NCBI GenBank assembly: GCA_013115125.1
Contig: JABANN010000192.1
Coordinates: forward strand, 1 to 54,877
Length of the DNA stretch: 54,877 bases
Direction of reading: 5' to 3'
From: Perkinsus olseni
Taxonomy: Eukaryota
In this document: positions 1 through 11,015 of the stretch, in pieces
How positions within the stretch are numbered: position 1 is the first letter of the stretch
Layout: every line of letters begins with the position of its first letter
The notes under the pieces: model-generated
The model's database searches: none
What the model saw: only the letters and a program-made list of their open reading frames with translations
Told to the model about the DNA's origin: nothing
Made by a program: the position numbers and the translations under genes

Positions 1-1372
1 AGGTACGTCGTTTGCCTGGGGTTGCTGTACTTACGCTGCGTGGCTCGGCCGTCGACACTCTGGACCTGGTTTTACCCGATACTTTTCGATACCACTGTGA
101 GCGCCTTCTGGCTACTGCCGCCTCGCAGGCAAGCCCGTAGGTGTTCCATCCTGAGCAAGTAACAGGGGAAGTCGAAGCGACGGAAGCGATGACGTTGGGG
201 CGCTACGCTGAGCTGCTGCTGCTCACGCATAAGTACTTTACAGTGAATCTAAACAGGTAGTGACTGCAAGGACCGGTTGCTCTTGGCGAAGCGTCGGCTC
301 TCAGGCTCCCCGAGGTTGTCCTCCAGAACTACGGTGTGCGGTGTATTCTCTTGGAGACAGAGGCGTGCCGGGTTCGGGCTGCTGAACATCCTGAGAATGC
401 AACCCAACTGAGCGTTGTGGGCTCCTATGTCCGCACACCGATGCCAGCTGCCCTGTTCTACTCACGGGTCGTCAGGTGTTCGCCCGCAGCGAGGAGTCCG
501 GGGGGTGGGATTTGGGTCAGATAGTACCGGGAGGGGACGACGCTCTCGGCATGGTTGAGGTAGTAGTCAACGTGACCATCGCTTTTGTGGCCCTTGTTAC
601 TCTACTCAGGTTCGGGTGTTGGAGACCGAGACCAGACTGGTCCACTGGTCGACACTGAGACCCTGTCTGGATGTTGCTGCTGCTCGTCGCGCTGCCGACG
701 CGGAGGCGTTTATGAAGGATGAGAGTAGTGCTGGGTGGGTCAGGTTCGGAGGTCCCTTCCTAGGAATCCTTTAGCCGTTTCATGAGCTTGACTTTTACGA
801 GTGTGCTCGATGTGTTACACTAACAGGATTTACTGCCGGAATTAGGTCGAGGCTGAATGATTGTTTGGACCAGCAGAAATTACCAGCTGGAATTATACCC
901 AGATTGCTCGTGTGTTGTCAGACGCAGCGAGAGCTCGAAAAGGTGCACTCCAAGCCTGGCGGCAGCAGCAACGAGAGTTCGCCAACGCCCGGGCCTTCAG
1001 GGTCTACGCCGGCTGGCAGAGTCGAGGAGTTGCGGATGATGTACTACCGTTCTCGTTGTGCGGCTGCCACTTGCGTGATAGATACGGGATGAGGAGCTTC
1101 AGCAACTGCCGCTGGCTGCTGATGATGATGACGATGATGGGGCTGCTGGCGAAGAGGCGGCTCCTAAGAAGCGCCGGGTTGTTTCTAAAGAGTAGTACCT
1201 CAAGGGCTTGATTGGGCAGTTGGAGATTGGAAGGTGGAGTTGCGGTACTCTCAGGTACCAGCAACAGCAGGACGCCATGCTCAAGCGGAAGTACGTGGAG
1301 GCGGCTGCAGCTCCCCAGCCGGGCGCGGGCCGGAAGGACCAGGAGGAGCCGGATGTTGGTTTCATCGGATGA
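1..1372 (+). CDS. PRP38-family pre-mRNA splicing factor, 5' truncated, multi-exon
   Basis: Spliced translation YVVCLGLLYLRCVARPSTLWTWFYPILFD...MTLGRYAELLLLTHKYF..LNRLPEVV resembles the PRP38 domain C-terminal half; GT-AG introns (e.g. 97-140); last exons IRDEELQQLPLAADDDD...PKKRRV and ...EEPDVGFIG* (TGA 1370-1372). Linkage of the 3' exons is inferred. Confidence 0.55.
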
Positions 1373-1484
1373 CCACCAATTTCGCAGTTCAAACCAATTT
1401 CTTCATCGCCAGTGTTTCCTTCACCAGCACGAGGGCGTCTTCTACGCGAAGTTTTATCGGTAGTTTTTTATCACCCTCGACGTC

Positions 1485-2763
1485 ATGGCGCCGGTCCTCT
1501 CGGTCCCCGCTCGCGAGCCCTCTCCAGCTTTGATAGATTTCTGCGCGGCCAGCTCAGGCGCTGCCGGTGCGGCCTTCAGCACTCTCGTCATGTGAGGATG
1601 TCTCCCACTGTACTGGAATTCGCTACCGTGCCGGCAGGTATCCTCTGGACACGGTAAAGACGCGGCTGAATGTTGGTGTAGACGAGAACGGCGAGCCGTA
1701 CGATAAGGGCTCCTTGGACGTGCTGCTTCGTACGGTGCGGTAGGAGGCCTTCGGGCGGTCCGTCGTAGCATCTTTTCTGGTGTCAGGTCAGGGGGCATCT
1801 CGGCGCTCTACCGCGGATTGACGGCGAAGCTCTTCCATAGCGTCCTGCAGAAGTTCGTTTATTTTTACATCTACAGCGCCATCATTGTGAGTCCGCAGAC
1901 GGAGGCCTCTGTTGGAGAGTTGATCGTTACGTAGAGAGTGTACGAGTCGAGGCGCCGTGCGGAGGGGAAGCTGTCGGTGTCGGATAACCTGGCCCTCGGC
2001 TACCTGGCCGCCCTCGGCAGTGTTTTCGTGACGACACCGGTAGAGATCGTGCAGACCAGACAGCAGGTGAGCGAACAAAGGCGACCTGTAGTGTACCCAT
2101 CTTGTCGTTGTGCAGGTTGGGAAATCTGAGGGACACTTCCTCCGTCATCTGACTCAAATGGCCCTCACTGAACTGACGGATTTGTATGCCCTTGGAGCCC
2201 TCCTGCCTGGACTGTGTCTGTCTAGGTACGCTGGTCTGGGCTCCAACATCATACTGTGTGTCAACCCAGCGATTGAGTACACTACATTCGACCAGCTGAA
2301 GAGGCCCTTCCTCAGAGGACGGTAGTGCTGGTCTTCCTGCCGCCTTTCCGACGCCTGTTATGCAGATCTAATCTCACCTCGATGGAAGCGTTTTGGCTAG
2401 GGGCGCTCGCCAAGGCCGTCGCCACCGTCTGCACATTCCCGTAGTGCCGCTATCACCACGCTTCGTCTGTCGTGATGATGGCGACAGGTACGTCCGAGTG
2501 AAGGTGCTGCAGCAGACGAAAGGCAAGTCAGCCAAACCCTCCGAGTCGAGTCCGAAAAAGTTACTCCGAGACATGTGGAATGAGGAGGGAGGCAGGCTAG
2601 CAGGACTTTACAAAGTAGGCGGCGGGTCGTCTGCCGCACTTTCTAGGGCTTCCTTCAGGGCATGAGCCCGCAGCTGTATAAGGGAGTGCTGACGGCGGCT
2701 CTGATGCTGATGGCAAAGGAAAAGATAGATCAGAGTATGAAGAGAATGATATTGCGACGCTAG
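1485..2763 (+). CDS. Mitochondrial carrier family protein, peroxisomal adenine nucleotide/CoA carrier type (PMP34/SLC25A17-like)
   Basis: Three carrier signature repeats after splicing: YPLDTVKTR, TPVEIVQTR, FPYVRVKV; LYRGL, YAGL, LYKGM motifs; LCVNPAIEYTTFDQLK and FWLGALAKAVAT typical of peroxisomal carriers. Confidence 0.85.
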
Positions 2764-3362
2764 CTTGTGTATAAATAGTGAAGGTTTCAATTTATTCTGT
2801 GTGAATTCTGTTCGAACGTTATGGCAGAAGAAACACAACCGAAGTAGACGACAGTAGAGGTTGTTGGGAAAACGAAGGGAAATGGAGATTTCAGAGATAG
2901 TAAACATCCATTGAATACAGATAGATGTTGTCCACTTGTCGAGGGATGCGCCCCTTGGTGGCGATACCTTCGTCTCGATGTGAATGAATAGCCCAACGCC
3001 GGTCCCGGCTCAGGTTGCCTCTTGCCCATGTGCTCAGTTAGACGCTGTCTGTGATTTATTGCAATCGGATGATTTGCCTACCCACTTTCCCCCGGAGAAC
3101 AGTCGAACAGTCGCTTTTCCTCCGCGGAAGTTCACTAGCCTTTCATAAAACGAATAGCTGCTTGGTTACACGAACTCCGTCGGGCGCATGTTGCAATCAT
3201 TGTAAAATCTGGTTCGCCTGCATGAAGAAAAAACAACTCTCAGATATTTCCCGTTCGGGAGACGCGTTGAATTATGCGAACACAAGCCCATACATCCGCT
3301 GAGAAGAGTCCTCTCCATCCAAAAAATCACACAAATGAAACTACGGTGAAATACACTGACAT

Positions 3363-5740
3363 CTACTTAATGAATAACATTTCCTGATAGGTGGGGAGAG
3401 GCCAGTACTGGTCAGATACGATTTGCTCGAGGGCGTCGACGACATCCCTCAAATCCTTCATAGCTGGCCTCATCTCATCGGCCGCAAACCTTGCATGTGC
3501 CTTCGGATCCTCGCTATCGCTCTTATGGTCGATCTTGGACTTCAAGCTAGCCATAGCCTTGCCCAGGCACTCAATGTGCTGGCTGACTTCGTTTAACCGA
3601 GAGCTTGTGAATTCAGGAACCATGCCAGTAGCAGCCTTGAGATTGGCCACGTTCTCGGCGAGTTCGGTCTGATACTTGATACAGGCGGGCAGAATCATCG
3701 TATCTGTGAGGAAAGCATCGAAGCCATCGACCACGCAGAGGGTCGGCATCCTACTAGCTATCCTGTAGGCACATCGAGCCTCGACACCAATACGGTTAAA
3801 GTAAATCTCCAACAGGATATTCTTCTTCGCCATCAGTTCAGACCGACTCATCACTCCGCAACTCTCAAACAACTCAATTGTTTCGGGCGCCGCGAACTCC
3901 TCAATGGCCTGAGACGATAATACTGTACTGATCGACCCAGTGCCGCTCTGCTCACCTCCGGGGACTTCACAAGCACCTTCAATCCACGCCTGACAGCCTC
4001 CTCCTTCCAAGCCTCGGAGTAGCCGTCACCGTTGAACACGACGCGGCCGTGATCCTTGTACACCTCGCCGATGATCGCCTTTGCAGCTTCCTCAAGATTC
4101 ATTCCCTTCTTCAGACGTTCCTCGAGAAGACCACTGAGATATGCCAAACTCTGAGCCATGATGGTGTTGAGGACGATCAGAGAAGGGGACAAGGACTGGC
4201 TCGACCCCACTGCTCTGAACTCGAACTTGTTGCCCGTGAAAGCGAATGGGCTCGTCCTGTTCCTATCACCGGCGTCCTTGTTGAGAGACGGGAGTGTCTT
4301 GGCGCCCAAGCTCATTGACGTGCGCCTCACACGAGTCTCCAAAGTATAGTCGCCCGAACTGGACTCGCCGGCCTTGGTCGCGGACTTAATCTGCTCGAAG
4401 ATGTCGTACAACTGATCACCGAGATAGATGGAGATGATGGCGGGCGGAGCCTCCTGAGCACCTGAGCAAGACGAAAACACAATGAGGAGCGCACAGCTGC
4501 AACACCCGACAAACTCACCTAATCGATGATCATTAGAGGCACTAGCGATACTCCCACGCAGCAGACCGGCGTGAATGTCCACTGCCCTGATGACTGCCGC
4601 GATGAAGAAAAGGAATCTCGTGTTCTCGCCGGGGTTCTCCGTCGGCTCGAGGAGGTTGCCTTGAGTGGTATTACCGATGCTCCAGTTGACGTGCTTCCCA
4701 GAACCGTTGACACCGGCGAAGGGCTTCTCGTGGAGGATAGCTTGGAAACCGTGCTTCTCCGCGGTATTACGCAGTACTTGCATGATGAGGTGCTGATGGT
4801 CAGAGGCGATGTTGGCGGTCTCGAAAAGCGGGACGATTTCAAACTGCCCGGGAGCAACCTCGTTGTGGCGGCACTTGATCGGCACGCCGAGCTTGTACAG
4901 GCGACTCTCGGTCTCCGTCATACACTTGAGTATACGATCGGGGATGGCGCCGAAGTAGTGGTCGTCGAACTGCTGCGACTTGGGCGGTACGCAGCCGAAG
5001 AGTGTTCTATCGCAGATGACCAGATCGGGCCTGAGAGCAACCAGGCGCTTATCGACAAGGAAGTACTCTTGCTCGGGACCACAGTAGCTGGTGATGTTGC
5101 TGATCGGCTCGGACTCGGGGACGAAGTGTGACACGACCCGACGAGCGGCGTCCTCGACCGCCTGCATAGACCTCAACAGAGGGATCTTCAAGTCGATGGC
5201 CTCGCCGGTCCACGAGACGAAAGCTGTGGGGATACACAAAGTGAGAGTACCGCCCTTCTCTAAAACGTAAGCAGGCGAGGTGACGTCCCAGGCCGTGTAA
5301 CCACGAGCCTCGTTGGTGCCTCTGATGCCGCCATTAGGGAACGAGGAGGCATCGGGCTCGCCTTGGATCAGAGACGTTCCATCAAACCTAGTCAAGGCTG
5401 TGCCGTCACCACTGGGCTCGATAAAACTCTCGTGCTTCTCAGCAGTAGAACCAGTATGAGGATAAAAGACGTGAGTAAAGTGAGTGGCTCCGAGACCGAC
5501 AGCCCAGTCCTTCATGGCAGCAGCGACAGTGTCCGCCAAGGAGGGGTCTAGGGCTTCGTGATTCTCGACAGTGCTATGCATCTTCTTATAAATGGAGTTC
5601 GGTAGGGAATCACGCATGACCCTGTCGGAAAAAACGTGCATCCCGAAGGAGTGCTTGGTGCTCTTGGTGTCAACGCCATAGGAGAAGTCACGGTTACGGT
5701 CGACTATGGACGAGATGGCGGACACTCTATTGGAGGCCAT
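3363..5740 (-). CDS. Glutamine synthetase type III, copy 1 (3 introns)
   Basis: [83 protein letters not shown]; start MASNR at 5740. Confidence 0.95.
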
Positions 5741-5974
5741 GTCGGATTCAAGGCTAGAAACTGCAAAAATCGAGCTGGTTTGACGAAGTGGCCTAGCTCC
5801 GTCCAATGGTAAGGCTAGTTCGTTGGGACATTGTCCCTAGCATACTGCTAAAGTTGGATCATGAGCATTGCGAGTAGCGCACGCCTAGCATCACGGATAT
5901 CTCGCTCGCCTTTTCGATCGATTCGCGCTATCCTCTGTTTGCTTCAGCCCCTTTGTACAGGTAGTCCCGTCAAC

Positions 5975-6430
5975 ATGGCCGCGAAATCTGGCTTGGCCGC
6001 TGGCATCAACAAGGGTCACACGCTCAACGTGCGTCAGCCCAAGGCTCTCAAGTCTTCTTACTCTGCTAAGAAGCATCTCGCCCGCGAGGTCGCTCGTGAG
6101 GTCTGCGGATTCGCTCCCTACGAGCGTCATATGATGGAGTTGATCAAGATCGGCTCTGCTGCCAGCTTCAAGCGTGCTCTTAAGGTAGTTATCGGTGGCT
6201 CGAGTCCTGGCGATTTGGGGGAACTGTGGTATGACTCCGATCCAGTTCTTTCTAACAGAGGGAAATTATTCGTCGGTTACGTGGCCGGAAGTAATTGATA
6301 GTTTGTCTGGTTTCAGTACGGCAAGAAGCGTTTGGGAACTCACAAGAGGGCCAAGGCTAAGCGTGAGGAGCTCCAGGCTGACATCATGGCCCAGCGTAAG
6401 AAGGCCCACGCCGCCCACGCCCATCACTAA
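5975..6430 (+). CDS. RPL36: 60S ribosomal protein L36 (eL36), one intron 6185-6316
   Basis: [15 protein letters not shown]...[20 protein letters not shown]...[24 protein letters not shown]. Confidence 0.95.
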
Positions 6431-6579
6431 GTGGATATGCTCTACTAATTGAAGGCTTCTACTACGACGACGACCACCTTCGTTGGCTCGGCAGTTGGTG
6501 CGGCAAATGCTGTTTCCAGTGCTCGACGGGAACTATTCCCTCCTTACCGAGTTGTGTTCAGCAGTGTTGGGGAGATGAC

Positions 6580-6716
6580 TGCAGATGATTGTTGAATCGG
6601 GCATTGCTTCTACGTGGCTCTGCACGAATTAGGTCTGCAATAGTAAATGGAGGCTGATTAGCGGCATTCGAGCGTACCTGTTGTTGTGATTGCCGTCAGT
6701 CGTCTGATCAACAACT
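6580..6716 (+). ncRNA. Box H/ACA snoRNA candidate
   Basis: Hairpin TGCAGAT...GTCTGCA, H box ATAGTA (6640-6645), second hairpin GGCTGA..CGGCA/TGCCGTCAGTC, ACA at 6711-6713. Confidence 0.6.
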
Positions 6717-6735
6717 CTCTGTGGTAATATCCCGT

Positions 6736-6814
6736 CGATGATGATATTCTGTTTCGCATAGTTCACTCCGACTGCCAGTGACGAGTAAACACAATCACCA
6801 TCTTTCGTCTGAGC
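6736..6814 (+). ncRNA. Box C/D snoRNA guiding LSU rRNA 2'-O-methylation (yeast Am807-equivalent region), copy 1
   Basis: C box ATGATGA 6738-6744, D box CTGA 6809-6812, C'-like GTGACGA; guides GCATAGTTCAC and TCACCATCTTTCG are exact antisense to conserved LSU rRNA CGAAAGAUGGUGAACUAUGC. Confidence 0.9.
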
Positions 6815-6830
6815 TTCCAACGGCTGTCTG

Positions 6831-6905
6831 TTATGATGATTTAATTAGCATAGTTCACTCGTACTGTCAGTGACGATTACTCTTATCACCATCTTTCGTC
6901 TGAAC
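6831..6905 (+). ncRNA. Box C/D snoRNA, paralog of 6736-6814
   Basis: C box ATGATGA 6833-6839, D box CTGA 6900-6903, same two guide elements conserved while spacers diverge. Confidence 0.9.
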
Positions 6906-6924
6906 TCCCCTTTCTGACTACCCC

Positions 6925-7058
6925 TGCCTGTTTATACTACCTGGCTTTGCACCCTATTGCATCATCAGGCGGGAAACGCAGGCAACAGTGACCCCTCGCT
7001 CCCATTACCGGCTTTGATGATGCTGTTCCTGGTCGGTTTAGTTATGCTAGGGATAACT
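6925..7058 (+). ncRNA. Box H/ACA snoRNA candidate, copy A
   Basis: Hairpin GCCTGTTT..CCTG/CAGG..AAACGCAGGC, hinge ACAGTG, second hairpin with pocket strands CTCCCATT and TAGTTA, terminal ATA 7053-7055. Confidence 0.7.
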
Positions 7059-7072
7059 CTATCGTGTCCACC

Positions 7073-7203
7073 GCCTGTTTATACTACCTGTTTTGGTTCT
7101 TCTGTTGCCCTCAGGAGGGAAACGCAGGCAAGAGTGTTCCTTCTGGCTCCCATTTCCGACTCGTTCTCTGTGAAGTTTCGGTCTAGTTAAGTCAGTGACA
7201 CCC
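7073..7203 (+). ncRNA. Box H/ACA snoRNA candidate, copy B (paralog of 6925-7058)
   Basis: Same pocket sequences with divergent but still pairing stems; hinge AGAGTG; ACA at 7198-7200. Confidence 0.7.
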
Positions 7204-7351
7204 TTATGTTGATGGAAATAACAAATTAATCATACTCGTAGTCAGTTGAGTTCAATAGCCGTAAATGGGGGTAGTCGGGAGTGAACCAGTTCACGTCAAT
7301 CGGGTTCGAGCGTCCTTCTAGGCGTCTTTCGTTTCTTTTACATTTCCCAGA

Positions 7352-9998
7352 ATGACCGTTGGCAGGCAAAAGGCCGTGATGTCGATGATAGACCGCAGCA
7401 CTGACACGTCACACGATGCTGATCTCTCCGAGACCCAGAACAACTTCGGCAAGTACGTCTTCTCGCTACGGGTCATGCAGAATCGCTTGCCTACCGAGGT
7501 CTACAGACAGCTGAGGATCTCTATGGAAGCTGGTGAGTCAACCTTGAGGGCCTGTTAGTGGCATCACCGGCGTTCAGGGAGGCCCCTCGACCCTTCGCTG
7601 GCGGACACAGTCGCTGCAGCCATGAAGGACTGGGCTGTGGGTCTCGGGGCCACTCACTTTACTCATGTCTTCTATCCGCATACTGGTTCTACTGCTGAGA
7701 AGCATGAGAGTTTTATCGAGCCTCGCGGCGACGGCACAGCCTTCACCATGTTTAACGGGAAGTCCTTGATCCAGGTGAGGGTCTCTTTGCTTCTGCCTAA
7801 GGACGACCTTGCCCCCCCCCCCTCAGGGAGAGCCCGATGCCTCTTCATTTCCGCACGGCGGCATCAGAGACACCTACGAAGCCCGTGGCTATACAGCCTG
7901 GGACGTCACAGTAAGCGGCCACACCAACGCCAGCTGTTCTCACCATGGACCTTCCTGCAGTCCCCGGCCTACCTGATGGAGAAGGGCGGCTGTCTGACCC
8001 TCTGCATCCCAACGGCATTCGTCGCTTGGACGGGGGAGGCCATGGACCTCAAGACGCCCCTCTTGAGATCCATGCAGGTCAGCTAGCCCACTCCACACTA
8101 CCACCACGACGCTGTCTTTCTCAGGCGGTGGCTGCGGCTGCCGAGAAAATGTTGACGCACTTCGTGGGCGATGAACCTATCGGGCAGGTGGTGTCCTTCT
8201 GCGGGGCTGAGCAGGAGTACTTCCTCGTCGACAAGAAGCTCTTCGCGATGAGGCCCGATCTGGTCATCTGCAACCGCACGCTGTTCGGTCGCTGCCCGGC
8301 CAAGACGCAGCAGTTCGACGACCACTACTTCGGCGCCATCCCCGATCGTATCCTCAAGTGTATGACGGAGACCGAGAGCCTCCTGTACAAGCTCGGTGTG
8401 CCGATCAAGTGCCGCCACAACGAGGTCGCCCCCGGGCAGTTCGAGATCGTCCCGCTTTTCGAGACCGCCAACATCGCCTCTGACCATCAGCACATTCTCA
8501 TGCAAGTACTAGACAACATCGCCAGCAAGCACGGCTTCAAGGCTCTCTTCCATGAGAAGCCCTTCCTGGGCGTCAACGGCTCCGGTAAGCACGTCAACTG
8601 GAGCCTGGGCAACAGCACGCAAGGTGGGTATCATCATCGCCTCCGACTACAACTACTCCTTTCTTGCAGGGAATCTCCTTAATCCCACGGACAGCCCCGC
8701 CGAGAATTTGCCATTTTTGATGTTCCTCTCTGCCGTCATCCGTGCGGTAGACCAACATGCGGGCCTCCTCAGAGCCACGGTCGCCTCGGCCTCAAACGAC
8801 CACAGGCTCGGTATACTCATTTCCGCTATCGATCTCCCATCGTGCTTTCCAGGTGCTCAGGAGGCGCCGCCGGCTATCATCTCGGTGTACCTCGGCGACC
8901 AACTGCAGGACGTTTTCGAGCAGATCCGCGCGACCATCAACTCGGAGGCTCGTCGTGGTTCTGGTGGATACAGCATCGAAACCAGGGTCGGCGGGCTGCA
9001 CTTCCTGCGGTCATTGCAGGTGCCTTCGTCAGGTCCGTCGAAGCTCCATGACCCTCGGCGCGAATACCCTACCGGCCCTGAACAAGGACGCGGGCGATAG
9101 GAATAGAACCAGCCCCTTCGCCTTCACTGGGAATAAGTAGTGATAGGGCGCCTGAGTACGGGTCCCTGGGCAGACCGCAACAGGTTCGAGTTCCGCGCTG
9201 TGGGTTCGAGCGAGTCCCTCTCACCGGCGTTGATAATGTTGAACACGATGATGGCGCAGAGCCTAAACCAGATGAGCGCTCAGTTGGAGGAGCGCCTGGC
9301 TGAAGGTCTCCCTCTCGACTATGCCACCAAGGCCGTCATTCGGGACACCTACAGGGACCATGGCCGAGTTATTTTCAACGGCGACGGCTACTCGGATGAG
9401 TGGAAAGAGGAAGCTTCTCGTCGCGGTCTGAAGAACCTTGTGAAGGCTCCGGAGGCTCTCGCCGAGTACGGGACTGAGGATTCCATCGCCCTCTTCGAGG
9501 GGACCGGGGTCATGAGCAAATCGGAGGTGTTGGCCAGGCAGAACGTCCTTCTCGAACGCTACGCTAACATGGGTCGCGTCGAGGCTGAGTGCGCTCATCG
9601 AATCGCCCATACCCTCATCGCCCCGGCCTGCATGCGCTACTTGACCGAGGTCGCTAACACTCTTAACTCCGCCAGGGCCGCTGGGGGAGGGAAGGCTCCG
9701 AGGTTCGTCCAGGAACAGTACGACGCTTTGAGTAAGGGCACTGACGCACTCGGCGAGGCTATCAAGCAGCTGGAGGTACTCATGAACCATGTGGATGAGG
9801 ACGCCGATGAGATGGCTCATGCCAGGTGATGGTATCTTAGGTTGAAGCTGGCTCGTTACGGAATCTTCCAGGTACGCAGCCGATGTGCTCACCCCTGCTA
9901 CAGCTAAGCTGCGTGAGAGGGTCGACGCTTTAGAGCTGCTGGTCTCGGACGACTACTGGCCTCTCCCCACCTATCAGGAAATGCTTTTCATGAAGTGA
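7352..9998 (+). CDS. Glutamine synthetase type III, copy 2 (~9 introns)
   Basis: Same GSIII motifs as copy 1 across exons; ends [13 protein letters not shown]; polypyrimidine-AG immediately before ATG 7352. Confidence 0.93.
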
Positions 9999-10201
9999 CT
10001 ATCCCAATCGTCGTGATGATGAGGAATCAATTTTGTCGAAGAGCAGCGAGGTTGCATGAATTTCGATTTTCGCTGCTCCCAATATCAAAACCAGTCTCGG
10101 TTAATTTTCACTCGTCTTTTCTTGTCCTGTTTCGTTTACTAGTGTGTGTCAGTTTGAAGTCCAACGCCGTCGCCGGCTTGGTTAGAATTGATGCCGATGT
10201 G

Positions 10202-10743
10202 CTAGCAGCCTAACGATGCTGGTCGTCTTTCCTTCCCTTGAACGCAAAAACTAGTAGTCCTGGCACCATCGGGTGAACATCTCGTCATGATGGAATCAAC
10301 CCAAGCGGGCGAGACGAGAGGCCCTTGCCCCTCTGAGCCTCTCCCGGATGTTGGCAGTGCGGCGACTGAGGGACATGCGGTCGGTCTTGATCTCGGGACC
10401 GTCCACCAGTTCACGCTGAGGGGCAACAGCATCGCAATAGCAGCGAAGGGGCTGGTCTTACCGCGCGGTGGACACGATCGGCCAAGTAGGCTTTCTTCAG
10501 CCTCTCGAAGGGGGCCTGGATGGCTCTCATATGAGCGATGATGGCATCGTGGGACTCGGCATCGCTGAGGGTCTTCTTTTGGCCCTCCTGAAAAGCAACA
10601 GCATCAGTACGGAGGTCGAAGGGACTCACTACATCATCATCGTCGTCGTCAATTTCCCTGTGACGGGCGGAGGTCTTCTCGAGCCCTGTGGCAGTGGCGA
10701 CGACCAGGAGGAGGAAGGGGAGGATGATAAAACGGGAGAGCAT
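10202..10743 (-). CDS. Hypothetical secreted protein
   Basis: Signal peptide MLSRFIILPFLLLVVATATG followed by acidic tract and helical region; 3' end uncertain. Confidence 0.45.
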
Positions 10744-11015
10744 TTATGGTGGAGTAAATTGCTGTCGTGAAAACGGATAGATACACGCCCTCTGACTACC
10801 GGATGAGCATCCCTCTGCGACCGGTAACGACCACGAGGGCGGTGGAAACGCAGAGCCGCTCGAAGCACGGTCGCCAGGCGCAGGGAGGCCGGGGGCGAGC
10901 GATATTGGCAGGGGCGTGGAAATACCGTCGGAACAGCGCGCTCGAAATGGAATTTCCAGACGCGCTGTCCTCCACTACTCAGTAACTCAGACCATTACTG
11001 AGCATTGACGCATGG

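Noticed and set aside
4526-5131. Long antisense ORFs over GSIII genes (also 8098-8505 and 9263-9892)
   Set aside because: Shadow frames from codon bias of the real genes.
6736-7203. Repeated units resembling a CRISPR-like array
   Set aside because: Only pairs of imperfect copies, explained as duplicated snoRNAs; eukaryotic context.
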